From Anthoceros angustus (taxonomy: Eukaryota > Plantae > Anthocerotophyta): a stretch of 64,000 bases of DNA. The translations under genes and the position numbers were made by a program. Below are positions 48,950 to 61,211 of the stretch, in pieces. Position 1 is the stretch's first letter; the number at the start of each line of letters is the position of its first letter. The DNA is taken from NCBI GenBank assembly GCA_010909165.1, contig VJWM01000011.1, positions 124,001 through 188,000 on the forward strand, written 5' to 3'. Below the pieces are notes generated by a model. That model had not been told where the DNA came from. It was given only the letters and a program-made list of their open reading frames with translations, and made no database searches.

Positions 48950-51900
48950 ATGGGTTACGGAGACGGTTCGGAAAGAAGCACCATTCTTTACCAATGATGA
49001 TCGTGAAGATTGCAATGTCTTCAAAAGACCTTGTTTATTTAGATCGTGCCTCAACAACCCGTTCCCTTTTAGTCCTTCCGGTACTTATGGTAAGCAAGCA
49101 TGGGTCGATATGCCAAAATGGCCGAACCACGCCCCTAACCCTTTGTGTGATGGAGACATCGCCCGGACGTCAATTTCATCCCTTATCGACCCTTATTTTC
49201 AGCCTTTGGACCGATGTTGCCCAAAGCGAGAATGCGACCCATCCCAAACCCCTTCCGACGATATTTGGTTGAAAACCCCATCAGATATATTAACCCCTTC
49301 CAAGATTAGCATACTTCTCCACATGCGCCTGGCACCATACCTCTTCGCCATAGGTGCTCCGGAAGTCGAGCGTGGTTGCCGCTTGTGGTCCGCTCTCTCT
49401 GCCGGGTTTGTCACCGAGCCGGGCCGACCATGAGGCCACAAGGGCGGCTCATATTTCGCAACCTCGTATACTCCGCTCGCCCAGCCTCCTCTGCTGCCTG
49501 CTCATACTCACCTATGAGGATACGCTCCCCTCCGCCTTCCTCACCGACTAAAGAACTTTTTCTGCGTCAGGCCCTGCTCCTCCAGATTCATTCTGCTGAG
49601 CCCGCCATCCGCTCGTGGGCCCCGACAACTCTGATTTCAAGGCTCGTCCGGGTCCCTCTCCATTTCGTGACTTGGCCCCGCCTTGTTCCATCGCCTACTC
49701 TGTGCCGCTTACGCCCAGTAGCCGGAGTCGCTCTATCCGCCTGTGATCCCGCGATCACGCCCAGCAGAGCCTGCTCCCGCTCAATGTATCTTGGGTAGCC
49801 GTAGCTCCGCGTCCCTGCAGTCTTCCATCTCCGCTACTTTGTTCCTCCACTTCCGCGAATCGAGCCAGGCAGGAGACCTCCATCTCCTCGTCAGCTGGCC
49901 TCTTCTCTGACGGGCTGGTCCTGCCTCGCCGGCCGCCTCCTACTCCGTCTTGAGTTAGCCAAGGCCGTCCTTGCCGTCTCCCTCCACGGTTGCGTATCCA
50001 GCGTAGTGATTCTCAGTCGGTCTTAGGCTGCTGACTTCCGCCACGCCGCCTTTCACCTCGAGCCTCCGTGGCTTGGTGTTGTTCTCGCCGCCTCAACAGT
50101 CCCGAGCTCGCTCACTGCCTTTCGCTCTCCAGCCTCCCTCGCCTCCCACCGCCTGCAGAGGTCTTCCGCTAGCTTGGGCCTCATGCTCGCTCATTGCTTG
50201 CATGTCTGAAGGACCTTGGTCCTTCCGCGCGCTTTCCCTCCTCAATTCGAGCGAGGGATTCGCACTCTTCTTCACCTCCTGGTCAGCCTCCACACGCTCT
50301 GGAGGAGCACCATGCGCCTTGTTGCCTCCACCTCCGGGTCTTCTCTTCCAGTAGACCCCATAAAGTATACCGTCCATGACGGTAGCCAAAACTCGCCGTG
50401 TTTCTTCCACGGCCGCCGGGCTGAGATACTGTGAGTCCAGGAGCGGGCATCTTCGATCCGTCAGGATCGCGGTCGATGCAGTCTGGAGTGAGTCTGACTC
50501 GGGCCTGACCTAATCACAGTTCAAGTCCGGCCTTCTACCTCCTTGGCCTGTTTGGCGCTAGCTCCTTCATTGCCTGCCTTCATTTTGGGCTTGGTATGAG
50601 GCCCGGAGTCAAGCCTTTCCCCATGTGAGACCGGGATGGGCTCGGATGGGGCCGATGACCCCCCCCCTCGGGCGGCGCCCTCCCCTCCCCGACTGCCTCC
50701 GCCTCGCCACTCCATGGGTAGGGGTAGAGGCACCGTGCCTGGTGCACCGTGGTGCCACCTTCGACGACTGCCCGCGTGGCTCACCGAGGTCGGCATTTTG
50801 CTGGCCGACAGGCGTTATTAACGCCGCCTGGCTCCTGTGGGCTCCATTTTGCGGGAACTCACTCTGGAACCCGATGAGGAGGCAGGATATCCTCCCATAC
50901 CTCCTCGGCTGAGAGGGTCCGTTCCACTGGATGGAGTCTGGAATTCTCCTAGCTCATCTTCCTCCTGGGCTCATTTGGTCTTAGGAGGTCGAGCCTCCAC
51001 TCGGGTGCCTCCGCCCCTTCGCCTCTCCGTGAGGCGCCCAATCCTCGGGGCGCCGCTCCTCTTCTCCTCCTTCGGGAGGTTGAGGTGTCCCCACACGTGG
51101 ATTAGGAAGGGGACAAGGTGGCGGCTTCTCGCTCGTAGCTTCCAGCCTCTTGGTGATCCGGCGAGGATGATCGCCCCGCTTGGTTGCCTTTGTAGGCGTG
51201 CAGAACACAAAGATTATCACCAAGATGATCCACCTTGGTGAGCATGTTCCAATGGACAATGACCTTAGCCTTGCCCTCACACTTTGTCCAGCCGAGTCCG
51301 AGGCCAACCCGGCCCGTTTGACGACCGTTGCGTCCTGATGATAGCGCGCCGCCTTCTACCTTTCCCTCACCTTGAGGCTCGGGACTGCGCCCCAATTTCT
51401 TCCGCGGTGGTTGTAAACGCCCTCTCGGGACCTCCGGTCCACCTCCTGGGGTCCTCCTCAAACTTTTGGAAGCGGACCTCCTTGTTGGCGACGGCCAGCA
51501 TCTTCCTGGCGTATTCCACAGCGAGTGTGGCCGACGTCCACACCGCGCTGAAGATGTCCAGATGCCACTTCTCCACCAAGTCCTCTCCTCCTCTAGCTGA
51601 GTCCGAAGTCGGTATCTCGGTGACAATATTGCGCTCCACCAGCGCCCGGCTCCACCTCCACGGCCTTCTTGGGTCCCATCACCGCCTTCTTCTTCACCGC
51701 CGCTGGCGATCGGCGACCGCTCCTCTTCGCTGCTCACGCTTCCAACCACCTAAGGTGAGCTGGGCGAGAAGGTACTGAAAGTGCTCAAGAGATAGCGCCA
51801 AAGAGCGGATGGATGAGCGAGAGATCAGAAAATCGCTATGGTCGCAAAGAGAAATGGTCTTCCTCCAAAGGCGGGAGTAGTCGCGAGCTGGAAGGTGTCC

Positions 51901-52448
51901 CTTGCTGTGAATCGGCTGTGAGGTCTGCATGGCCTACTCCCGCCTTACGCTTCCGCTTACGCTGTCCTTACGCTGCTGCACTTTAAGCCTACTCAACTGC
52001 ATTCTCGAGCGTGAATACACTGCCTATAACCCCATCGCAACCTCGGTCGTGGGTCCGTCACGCATGCCGCTCCACCACCTGCACCCCCACGTGGCTTCAT
52101 CTGTTTTAAATCATGCTCCAACTTCTAAGTTACTTTACAAGGTGATGAGCGACTCTTCTCCCGCCACTTGAGAGTGTGTCCGGACTTATCCCAATACTCC
52201 AGTGTGTTGTCCGGTCCTCCTCCTGAGTGTGCTTTGAAGTCCTTCCATCTACTCTGGAGTCCTTACTCCAGGGTGCAGTTCGGAGTACAGTCCGGAGTAG
52301 TTCGGGCTTATTTCTTCCTTTTCGCCTTATTTTGCACTCCCTACCTACGAAAAAAACAAAACCTAACTCATTCCCTACCCCCGGGGAGGATCCGTGGTCC
52401 ACACATACTATGGGAGGAGACCTAGGGCCGGCCTTTGGCGCGTGACAC
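48950..52448 (-). mobile_element. LTR-retroelement-derived segment with antisense coiled-coil ORF remnants
   Basis: E/K/R-rich minus-strand ORF fragments at 49500-51900 between LTR-like ends; ends ...gcgtgaCA. No pol motifs seen. Confidence 0.4.
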
Positions 52449-53553
52449 CATGTCTGCTGTTCGCGGATTTTAGATGAAGAAAGAATTACTTTTGCTAGTG
52501 GCCTATGAGTCTCTAGATATGTTTTTCGCGCAGTATTGCGTGGGAGGAAGGCACGGGTTAACACATAAGCTAGCACCCTAAGGTAGGGTAAGGTTTTGAG
52601 CGAGTCTTTCAGCTCATAATGAAGATTATTTTTTATTTATTAATAGACAAGATGGAAAATCCCATCTACCCCTAAAGTCCGAGGAGGAACAACCCAAAAA
52701 GGGCTAATGGTAAAAGGGGAAGTCCTAGTCCCCTCTAATGCCTTTCCCGTAACTACCTATTGCACCAATGATATCGTGATCAGGGATGATGAAGGGCTTA
52801 GCCACCGGTGCTCAAGAAGTCGCTAGTCCTGCGCACGTAGCCGTCCTATAAGTAGTGTTAGCCAGTGCATTCCGTAGAGCTATGGAAAACAGAAAGCCAC
52901 CTACTGAGGAGGAAAGGGGAGGCCCTCCCATTCTGTCGTATGTGATAGGCTTTTCCACACTCCTTAATTAACGTAGAGAAGTCATTGCCCATAGCCCCAT
53001 GAGTCTCGAGGGCGAGGGGATGCATGGGAGAGTATTTGTGAGTCTTGCTAGTTGCACATCCTTCCGCCGCCTAACCCAGGGGGTTGATGATGACATGCTC
53101 GCATATGGAGTCCCTCATGGGATCCTTGACAACCACATCAGCGATATAAATTCGCTCCCCTCTAGTATAAAAAAGGTCCGCCCTGAGTGACACGCCATTA
53201 CGCAATGTATATGGGCGCTCCCTGTACGGAAAAAATCCGCTCTCCTTAGTCATCGAAAACATGATGTCGCGAATAGTGTCATGCATAGCAATACGTTGCC
53301 CCCCACGGGACAATGCACCAAATGGGACCGAGTCGCCAATACTTGACTCTGCGCATGGAAAGAGAAGAGGCCAACGATGAGGCCAAACTGAGGCGGACCT
53401 CATCGCGGTCGAAAAAGGACGTCAGATGCGATTCGGAGCCTTTGAATGCAAGGCGAGCGAGCTTGAGCCGAGCTTTTAAATACCCCCTCAAACGGTTGTG
53501 AGAAAGTTCACATCCAGAATCTACATGCAAAGTTGATCCCTTTATTTTTCCTT

Positions 53554-53662
53554 CCGGATCAATAGATGCCTCAAGGGCCTTCCAGATCAATAGATGCCTC
53601 AAGGGCCTTCCGAATCAATAGATGCTTCAAGGGCCTTCCGGATCAATAGATGCCTCAAGGGC
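53554..53662. repeat. ~28-bp tandem repeat, ~4 copies
   Basis: ccggatcaatagatgcctcaagggcctt repeated head-to-tail without spacers. Confidence 0.9.
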
Positions 53663-55134
53663 TCCTCGCCCTTTCAGATTCAAGGGTCAATGGGCTTGGA
53701 GTCGGAGCGCCAATGCCCGCACTAAGGTTGCCTCGCTGATATGTGGAAATTGATAGCTACGCAGATTTATGATTTATTATTGACATAACGTTTCAGGGCC
53801 TTGCCCTTCTAATCGGTGGCCCTCAGGGCGAGGCCCTCAGGGCCACCGTCACCATGCCACAAGAGGAGCTTCAAAATCTTTTGAGGAGAATGGAAGCATT
53901 AGAGCAACAAGCAAAAGGAAACAGAAAGCTCAACGAAGCAGGACTTTTTGGCAGTCCCCCAACACACAATAGCTGTCCCCACAATTATAAGAAGAAGCAC
54001 CAAGAGGCCAACTGTCCATGAACGCCTGTAAGTTAGATGTTTTCTGCTGGAAAGAGACTGAACCCAAAAAAGGAAAAAGTCCCGCAAGCAGTCAATTTGC
54101 TGGCAACATACACATTCAGGTGTGGAATCACTTCCATAGAGACCGAGAGGGTCTTGAGTCTGTTACCAGCTATGTATTTGATCTTTGTAGTTGAGTCCTG
54201 TTTCCTGCCTGAGTTGCCTCCACCACCTAATCAAACAAGAATCACATAAAAGTTAAAAGTATAGTCCGATAAGTCTGGGTACAGGTGTTGCCATAGGTCT
54301 TTCGTCCTCTCACTGTACTGGCAAGTTCAAGGCCTCTTGTCCACCCATCCGAGTAAGGCCCAAGAACAAAATGCTGGTTGCGAGGATTTGGGCAGGCCTA
54401 TGTTTGGAAGAAACACTCTAGGGTCGGCAGTCCCCATGGTCTCCCGTTTCAACACAGTCGCCTTCTTTTAGGACATCAACTTAGCCTTGATGATCCTTAT
54501 TGATGGTGCCTTCCTAGCCCAAGATCTCTCCATTTTCTGTCTATTTACCCGGTCGAGACTCGAGACAGATTCTGCCTCCCCTTCTTCCACCCTGACGGCC
54601 TCTTCTCAGCCTCCTCCCCACACCAATGCCTTGTCCTCGGACTCCCACTCTCATCCTGGATGTAGGTAACTTCACTTTCAGGCACTCCAGTCTCGGCTTG
54701 TTCCTGATATTGCTGAACCAACTTCGTCAGCAACCCTCGACGAAATTTTCCAGGTTCAGTTGAAACTGGAGAACCTTATGGGAGAGGGGCTCTCTCGCGA
54801 AGCCTTTCTTTTCATACAAGCCCTGACCTCGATGCTGATGAAGTCATCTGCGGCATCATCAGTTGGTAGTTCATGTTGCACAAGGCAACTTCAAACCTAC
54901 GCCGGTGGCCAGACTCTGTGGCACAGTTACAGGAGATAGCACGAGAATAGCTTAGGCACGGTGAGGGGCATGAAGCCCTCCTTGTAAATCTCAAGTTTAT
55001 TCCTTAGGAATAAAACGCTCCAATGCAAAAAGAAACAATTCCAGCTATTGCTTCGGTAATGGCCTCAAGTGGAGCAAGGTGCTACCTACAGGCTGTTTGA
55101 AGGCCGCTCCATATGTAACCTTGGAGGGAGGCTA

Positions 55135-55440
55135 CATAAGGAACCTATTGTCTTAACCCTCGGATCACATAGTAGATTATCTGGAGGGGAGATCACTGGA
55201 TGGTCGTTATCGTGTGCTGGCCTGCTTGGTACATGCAATGCAACTAGCACATATGGATAGACTTCCGGTATTAGAGCCGACATATGAAGAAGCTATTGTC
55301 TTACCATTCGGATCACATAATAGAGCACACTGATACCTGGAGGGGAGATTGGTGGATGGTCGTTACCATCTGGTGGGCTGCTTGGCACCTGCTCTACAAT
55401 TGGCAAGCAAAGATAGACATCCGGTATTAGAGGCAGTCAG
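55135..55440. repeat. 2x ~150-bp diverged tandem duplication
   Basis: ctattgtctta...cggatcacata...ctggaggggagat...ggatggtcgtta occurs twice. Confidence 0.8.
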
Positions 55441-57500
55441 CACACCACGACGACTTACTTCAAAAGTTGATTTCAAGAGAAGGGCCAAGGGGCTATGTTT
55501 GTTACCTGGAGCTGGAGGAGGCGGCGGGGAGTTTTGGTTCTCAGATTCCGCTAATAAGATGGATAAATGCCACGCGTGTATCATATTGTACTCAGCAACG
55601 CCTCCTGTGCCGATTGAGAAGCCGATGAAGCTGCTTGGCCTAACAAATGCGGAAAGATTGAACCTGTCCGGTCGTGCTAGCTAATAAGGTTTGTAGATGC
55701 CTTATCCCCTAAGTAGTGACTTCACAACATCCGCACATCCAAGGTTCCAGCTCCGGCATCATAGTCGATCCAGGCCACCAACTTCTGATTCTTCAACGTG
55801 ATCTTCCACCAAAGTTGATATCAAGGGGTTAGGATCGTAGACCGTCGGCCGACTTCAAGGTGATGTCCGGCGCCCACATGGTTAATTGTCGCTGATGCGT
55901 TAAAGTCGCTCTTCGGTATCAGACTCATTCACTAGCCACAACACTGGAGCCTCGTGGTTTCATGACACCGCCTGGCCAGATTCCCACTTTGCCTCCCTCC
56001 AAAGGCGCTACTAGGAATTCTGCGTGAGGGATGGCGATGAGAAAGGCCATGCCGTCCCCGTGCATACTTCCTAGACTAGTTGGTAAAATGGTGAATGTGA
56101 AGTTTAGTCGGAAGGACCAAGCTCGCGTTGTCGCGATTGGGTCCTCTGAGAATCAAATTTCTTGCCTATGCAACCCGGCCGTACGCCGGAATTGGGCATC
56201 ATAAGGGCTCTTGTATTCCGTGGATCCCCATGAGTCTCTAAAAAATGGACAGCGGGTCGATCTCGCAGTAAAGGAGGCAAAATGGTAATCTAGATGGAAG
56301 TTGGGATGCAGACGTGCGCCTCTCTTGTTGGACTGCACAACGCTTGAAGGACAAGAGAACATCTGAATACAGATAGCATGATCGGCATGTGGTCGCACAT
56401 TTAAGTCTACCGGCCTGCTAGGGAGAACAACAATAATTTACTATGATCGCGAATTATATGAAGCACAAGCCTTGCCGTAATCCTCGACCTTTAAAAGCTT
56501 CCTTGAGTACGATGGTCATATCCGTGGCCATCCTGAAAGAAAGCAATAAAGCCAGCTTACCTCCTTAACGCATCAACTTCCTAAAGATACAAACAATGCT
56601 AGATCGGCAGAAGGGTAGTAGCTAGTCGGTAGCTAGTCGGCAGCCTTTTATCTTCCTTGCAACTTGCAGGTGCACAAGAAGTTAAAGATCAAGGCCATGT
56701 ACCTCCTGCCTACTAGCCCGCCAGATCCACAACTAGCTGGAAACCGTTTCCACCACATAGGCAGTGACCACTGTCACACCGAGAATTTGCAAGTAGGGTC
56801 GATTGTGGAGAGTTCCCAATTCCTCGGGCCCAATGATAAACAAGACCTCAAGACTGGTGGTGCTCCAAAGTTGCAAAAGAAGAAAGACTTGTCACACTTG
56901 ATACTTTCGTGGCAGAAACCTGACAATCCAATTTACCGGCCGTAGCTCTCATCCCACTTGAACATGTGCAAACAAATGTTCCTCGCCGAAATGGCGAGGT
57001 AACGTACGTTCCTAGGGATGGCAACGTTCTGACCAATGCAGCTTTTTGTATGACTCTTGTCACACTGATACTTTGAGGAGTTGTGCAAGATCAGGCCGCA
57101 GGCCATCTCAATGACGACCTTCGCCACTTTTGTAATTTTGGTGTTGCCATTGCTAGTTAGATTCTCATCCTCAATGCAAGCTTCTTGCAACTCATTCCTA
57201 CCACTAGGTGGATTGTACTACTAGCCGCCAGTGTTGAGCCCGTCAAGATTCCTGTTGCCGCAGACATAGCAGAAAGTAAATCGGTATTCTTCCTCACCTC
57301 ACATGTTGCCATCATGAAAGCAGTGCTCCATTATAACTGCTTGCAAGCAAAGCGGCAGCTTGACGGTCGTGGGCATTCTGTAATTTGTAACCACCTTGCT
57401 GAACCTGTAACCTCCATGCTAAAGCTCCAGGAAATGGGGAGTGCTTTAAAAGCACACAGAGGCCACTTGCTAAGCTTTACATACTTGCCCACGTGTGGAG

Positions 57501-59495
57501 TGTGAATTTGTGTCTAGGGACACCGTGAGGTCCACGTTCACCCTCAATGTCGTTGTAGTCCTGGGATTCGCTCCCAAGGGAATGGTTTGTGCCAAGAGAC
57601 GCTAACTTCTATCGCCATCGACCTTCGCCCAAGTCGACTTACTTGCTATCACTCCTCTTACCTATCTACTCAACTACTACTACCTCCCGACGTGTCCAAC
57701 TACCCCAGATCTTATTCCCGACCACAATCTTATTCCACAACCGAAGCTACTCATGTGGCTCTCACTACCGGTAGTTGCTACACAGAGGTGGGTCCCACGC
57801 CAAACCCTAACTTATTTCAAGACGGCGCCATGGATCTCGCCACTCAAGGCCACCACCGGCACAGATGACTTTATTCTGCACTCCACACTTCATGCACACA
57901 CACACCGATTCCTAAGGACCAAAGTTCCACAAATCCCTCTCAACCGCTTCACACACACACAAAGGGCGCCACACTCACACAATTCCACAAGGAATGCTGT
58001 TTCCTCTTGTGCACACTTCCACCAACAGCACCGGTTTGGATTCTCTTGGATCCACACAAATCTCCACTGTTAGTTTCTCAATTAGTTCTCCTTCTCAACT
58101 CCTCTTACACCTCGCATCGCGTACAGTGTTCAGTCACCCCTTCACCCAATCTTCTCTCTCTCTCTCTCTCTCACGCCTCAGCTTCCAACCCACACACACA
58201 ACACTCTCTCTCTCAATAACACAACTAACAGAACAAGGGTGAAGGAAAGAAGAACCCCAAGGCCACAAAGAAAGCTACGAGCAAGCTGACCCGCCCCGCC
58301 AATCCCTTGGTTTCCTCCTCCTTTGTCAAGAAGATTGCTATCACCCTCCTCCCCATGGAGCAAGCTCCACCCCTAGGAGCGCCTCACACCCTCCGCTAAT
58401 CGGACGCCTCCAACCAGCCACAGCAGCGTGGGGATCTCAACCAGAGTTATCTCGATGTGAGGGCACAACCAAGCCCCTTTATACAATTGTCGGGGCCATA
58501 GCCAGACTTTGTGTCCTAAAACGGCCGAACGCCAAGAGGCGCCTACAATTTCGGACGGCCTTAGGTCCAGGATGGCATCCTACCTCATCCTATCCAAAGT
58601 TCTATTCCTAGGATGCCACTACTCCCTGCCCATGTTATCTCCGCGCCCTCCTCCGATTTGGTTGCCTGGCCCTTCATCCTCTGCTGCTGAATCCATGGGC
58701 CCTCCTTCCTCGATGCTGGTCTGGTAAATCCTCCCATAAACTCTCCTCCGTTTTTCCATGAACCCAAGTCCCAGCTCCCTCACCAATTCTCCAACTCGGA
58801 CCCTCCAATGGTCCATATTGGGCCATTACAAGGCGTTTCGGCGTAGCCATGTCGCCATGCTCCTGCCATCGCCACAGGCGCCTGAATCTTGATAGCTCGC
58901 CTCACCACTCCCAATTTGGATACTCGAGGAGTTTCCTTCCCAAAATTAGTGAGCTGCCGCCGGCTTACCTTCTGACCTCATGCCTTAGAGCTCGTGCCAC
59001 TGTCGGGGATTATGCAGAGCTACCCAGCTGCCAGCGCTGGTGCCTTTCCGAGTTTTCTTAGGGTTATATCCCCTGAATTCTCACTTGCTAGCGGCTTCCT
59101 TCTACTTCCTCCTTGACGCCCTTCCTTGATGACGCCTTCTAGTTCGCCTACCGTCTTCAGAACATAGCCCCCGCACACCCTAGTCAGCGACCACACACCA
59201 GTTCTACTACCGTCCTGGTTGGTTCGACCACTAGCCTATGGACTTAGCAACCTCTGCCCAATATGAGGAGCCCCCTCCCCCCATATATAGGCCTTTTATT
59301 AAATATTCCGAGGCCAAAGGCCAAGGAGTATCAAGTTCATAGTCTAAGGACCGATTATTATTTAACCCAGAAAAAAAACCTCAAAACTCATAGGCCAAGG
59401 ACACTTTCTACTATAAATATTCCTTCTTACTGACAACCCAGCTCTTCTTGACACCAAACTTAGCAAAAAAAAACAAAAAATCACTCAAAGACACA
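57501..59495. mobile_element. Large solo-LTR-like unit (TG...CA), homologous to 29887-33522
   Basis: Collinear similarity over ~57530-58620 vs ~29910-30930 and ~59320-59495 vs ~33370-33522; includes a (CT)n tract and TATA (tataaata, ~59411). Confidence 0.7.
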
Positions 59496-59539
59496 ATCCA
59501 ACAGGGAGTTTTCAATACCAGATCGTTTACACCACGTTC

Positions 59540-60790
59540 CACTGTGCGCCACTGCAATCCTCTTGGATTTGAGCCAAGAGGAAGGTGGATCTGGGAGGTC
59601 TGGCCGTGTCGCCCACAAGGCGAGCCGAGCTAGTGGAGGAGATCCTAGCGGCGGCCCAAGTGGATCTCTTTTTCATCACCAACTTCAGGGTGGACATGGC
59701 CCTGGTGGACGATGTCCGACAATTGACAACGCGCTTCTTCGAGCAGCCCGTGGAGGAGAAGCTCAAGTATACCATGTCGGCGGGCATGGATCACGGGTCT
59801 GTGGGCTATGTGTACAAGTGGAGCAGCGCTGTGGGGTCCAGATGCGAGCTCAAGATGGAGGCCAATGCAATATTCATAGAGGAGTGTACACCGGCTCCTG
59901 GCCTACCCGGAAGTCCGGAGAAGGCCGGCGCATCAAGCCTTGTCTGGCTTCAGGTGATCTGAGTCAGAGTACTATTTTGTATTGATACAGTCAGGCTAGC
60001 TTGCCCGAAGTCCATGAATGGATTCATGAATTTGGGTTGCGCTGGATGAATTCGTTGCGCATGTAGAGGAAAGGTCGAGCAGGACGTGGCCATTGATGAC
60101 CAACGTCTCTATGTCCAGCACTCCGACGAAGGAGATCCCGAAAGGATAGATCCCAGCTCCGGCACTGGCAGCGCACTACGACTCCAACATGTTCAACATC
60201 AACTTGTCGGATGGTGCAAGAGGCGTGCAGTACTACGTTGATGGGCAGTGTGGCTTGCTACGCCGGCACTTCTGGATGAAGCCTTGGTCCACCTCGGGAA
60301 CGATATTGAGGCAATCAGCTACTGGAAGAGTGCTCACTGCATGCAAGCATATGCGAGAGATGCGTCCATCCTGACACTGACATGGAGGCGCCCACACCTG
60401 CACTGATCCGTCTTGAATCTCGTCTAGTGAAACATTGCAGACCATCAGCAATGGGAGGTACCACGCAATGTACCACACAGTGCTGTTGTTTTCGGGAGCC
60501 CAAACTCAGATTTCGCTGCTCACCACAGCCGAGATCACGAGCGATGCTATTGTTGGGCCCGCTGGATAGCATCGCTCGCTGCGCAACTTGTTGACGCTCA
60601 CAATCCCGTCCGCTATTGCAACAGAAGGCAGGACGTGGTCAGGTTGAATCGCACCAAAGTCACCCTCTTGCTGGATCCTGGCTCGGATCTCCACAGAAAC
60701 CGCAACATTTACATGAAAGACTTTCGGGAGTACATGGATGGCCAGCCTATAGTGGATTGGGGTACCAATCTTGAAGATTGTCTACACTAG
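59540..60790 (+). pseudogene. 2-oxoglutarate/Fe(II) dioxygenase (plant DOXC type), frameshifted and possibly chimeric
   Basis: DIOX_N-like ILLDLS..ELVEEILAAAQ..LFFITN......RFFEQPVEEKLKY; HxD motif LAAHYDSN (60174-60182); ETLQTISNGRYHAMYHTV; DAIVGP; RNIYMKDFREY. Confidence 0.75.
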
Positions 60791-61211
60791 AATGGGGCAG
60801 ACTGGGGCTATCTGTTGAGTGAAAGGAAGATGTTGAGTTCAAAACACCATAATATTTGAAGCGGCTGAATATACAAACCCGCTTCCGCAGAAAAGGGACC
60901 GGTTTTCAAAAACACCCGGTGGGCACCAAATTCCCACATAGAATTGTTTTCTGTTTTTGAGTGATGGTTCATGATATCCCTACCCTAAGGCAGGTACGTA
61001 TTCCACCGATAATGCTTCTTAGGTATGGTGAATGCATCGGCATGCCGGGCGCCTTGCGCCATTTCCATCGGCGTCTGTCGTTGTACATGATTGTTGAAAA
61101 AGGTATGATGCAATAAACTAATTATGTATGTAGTGAAAAAGGCGCCGGCATGCCGGCGTCTCCTGTAAACTTCCTTCACTCTAAGGAAACACAAAACCTA
61201 GCACAAATACC

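Larger units (their letters stand above)
52620..56100 (-). mobile_element. Non-LTR retrotransposon with restriction-like endonuclease (CRE/NeSL-like), degenerate, RT largely deleted
   Basis: GGQRIAMHDTIRD...SLRADLF......IADVVVKDP (53071-53330) matches the RH(N/D)..PD..D RLE pattern, followed by LETHGAMG. A-rich tail at ~52625-52645; RT N-terminal-like remnants at 54400-55000. Confidence 0.65.

Noticed and set aside
53554-53662. 28-bp repeats resembling a CRISPR array
   Set aside because: Head-to-tail with no unique spacers, no cas genes, eukaryotic context.
56150-57500. Short ORFs suggesting a gene fragment
   Set aside because: No recognisable motif or consistent exon chain.
59540-60790. 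TET/JBP or AlkB demethylase partner for the MTase
   Set aside because: Motifs (DIOX_N, SNGRY..H.V) are of the plant DOXC metabolic class, and no equivalent is seen beside copies A or B.
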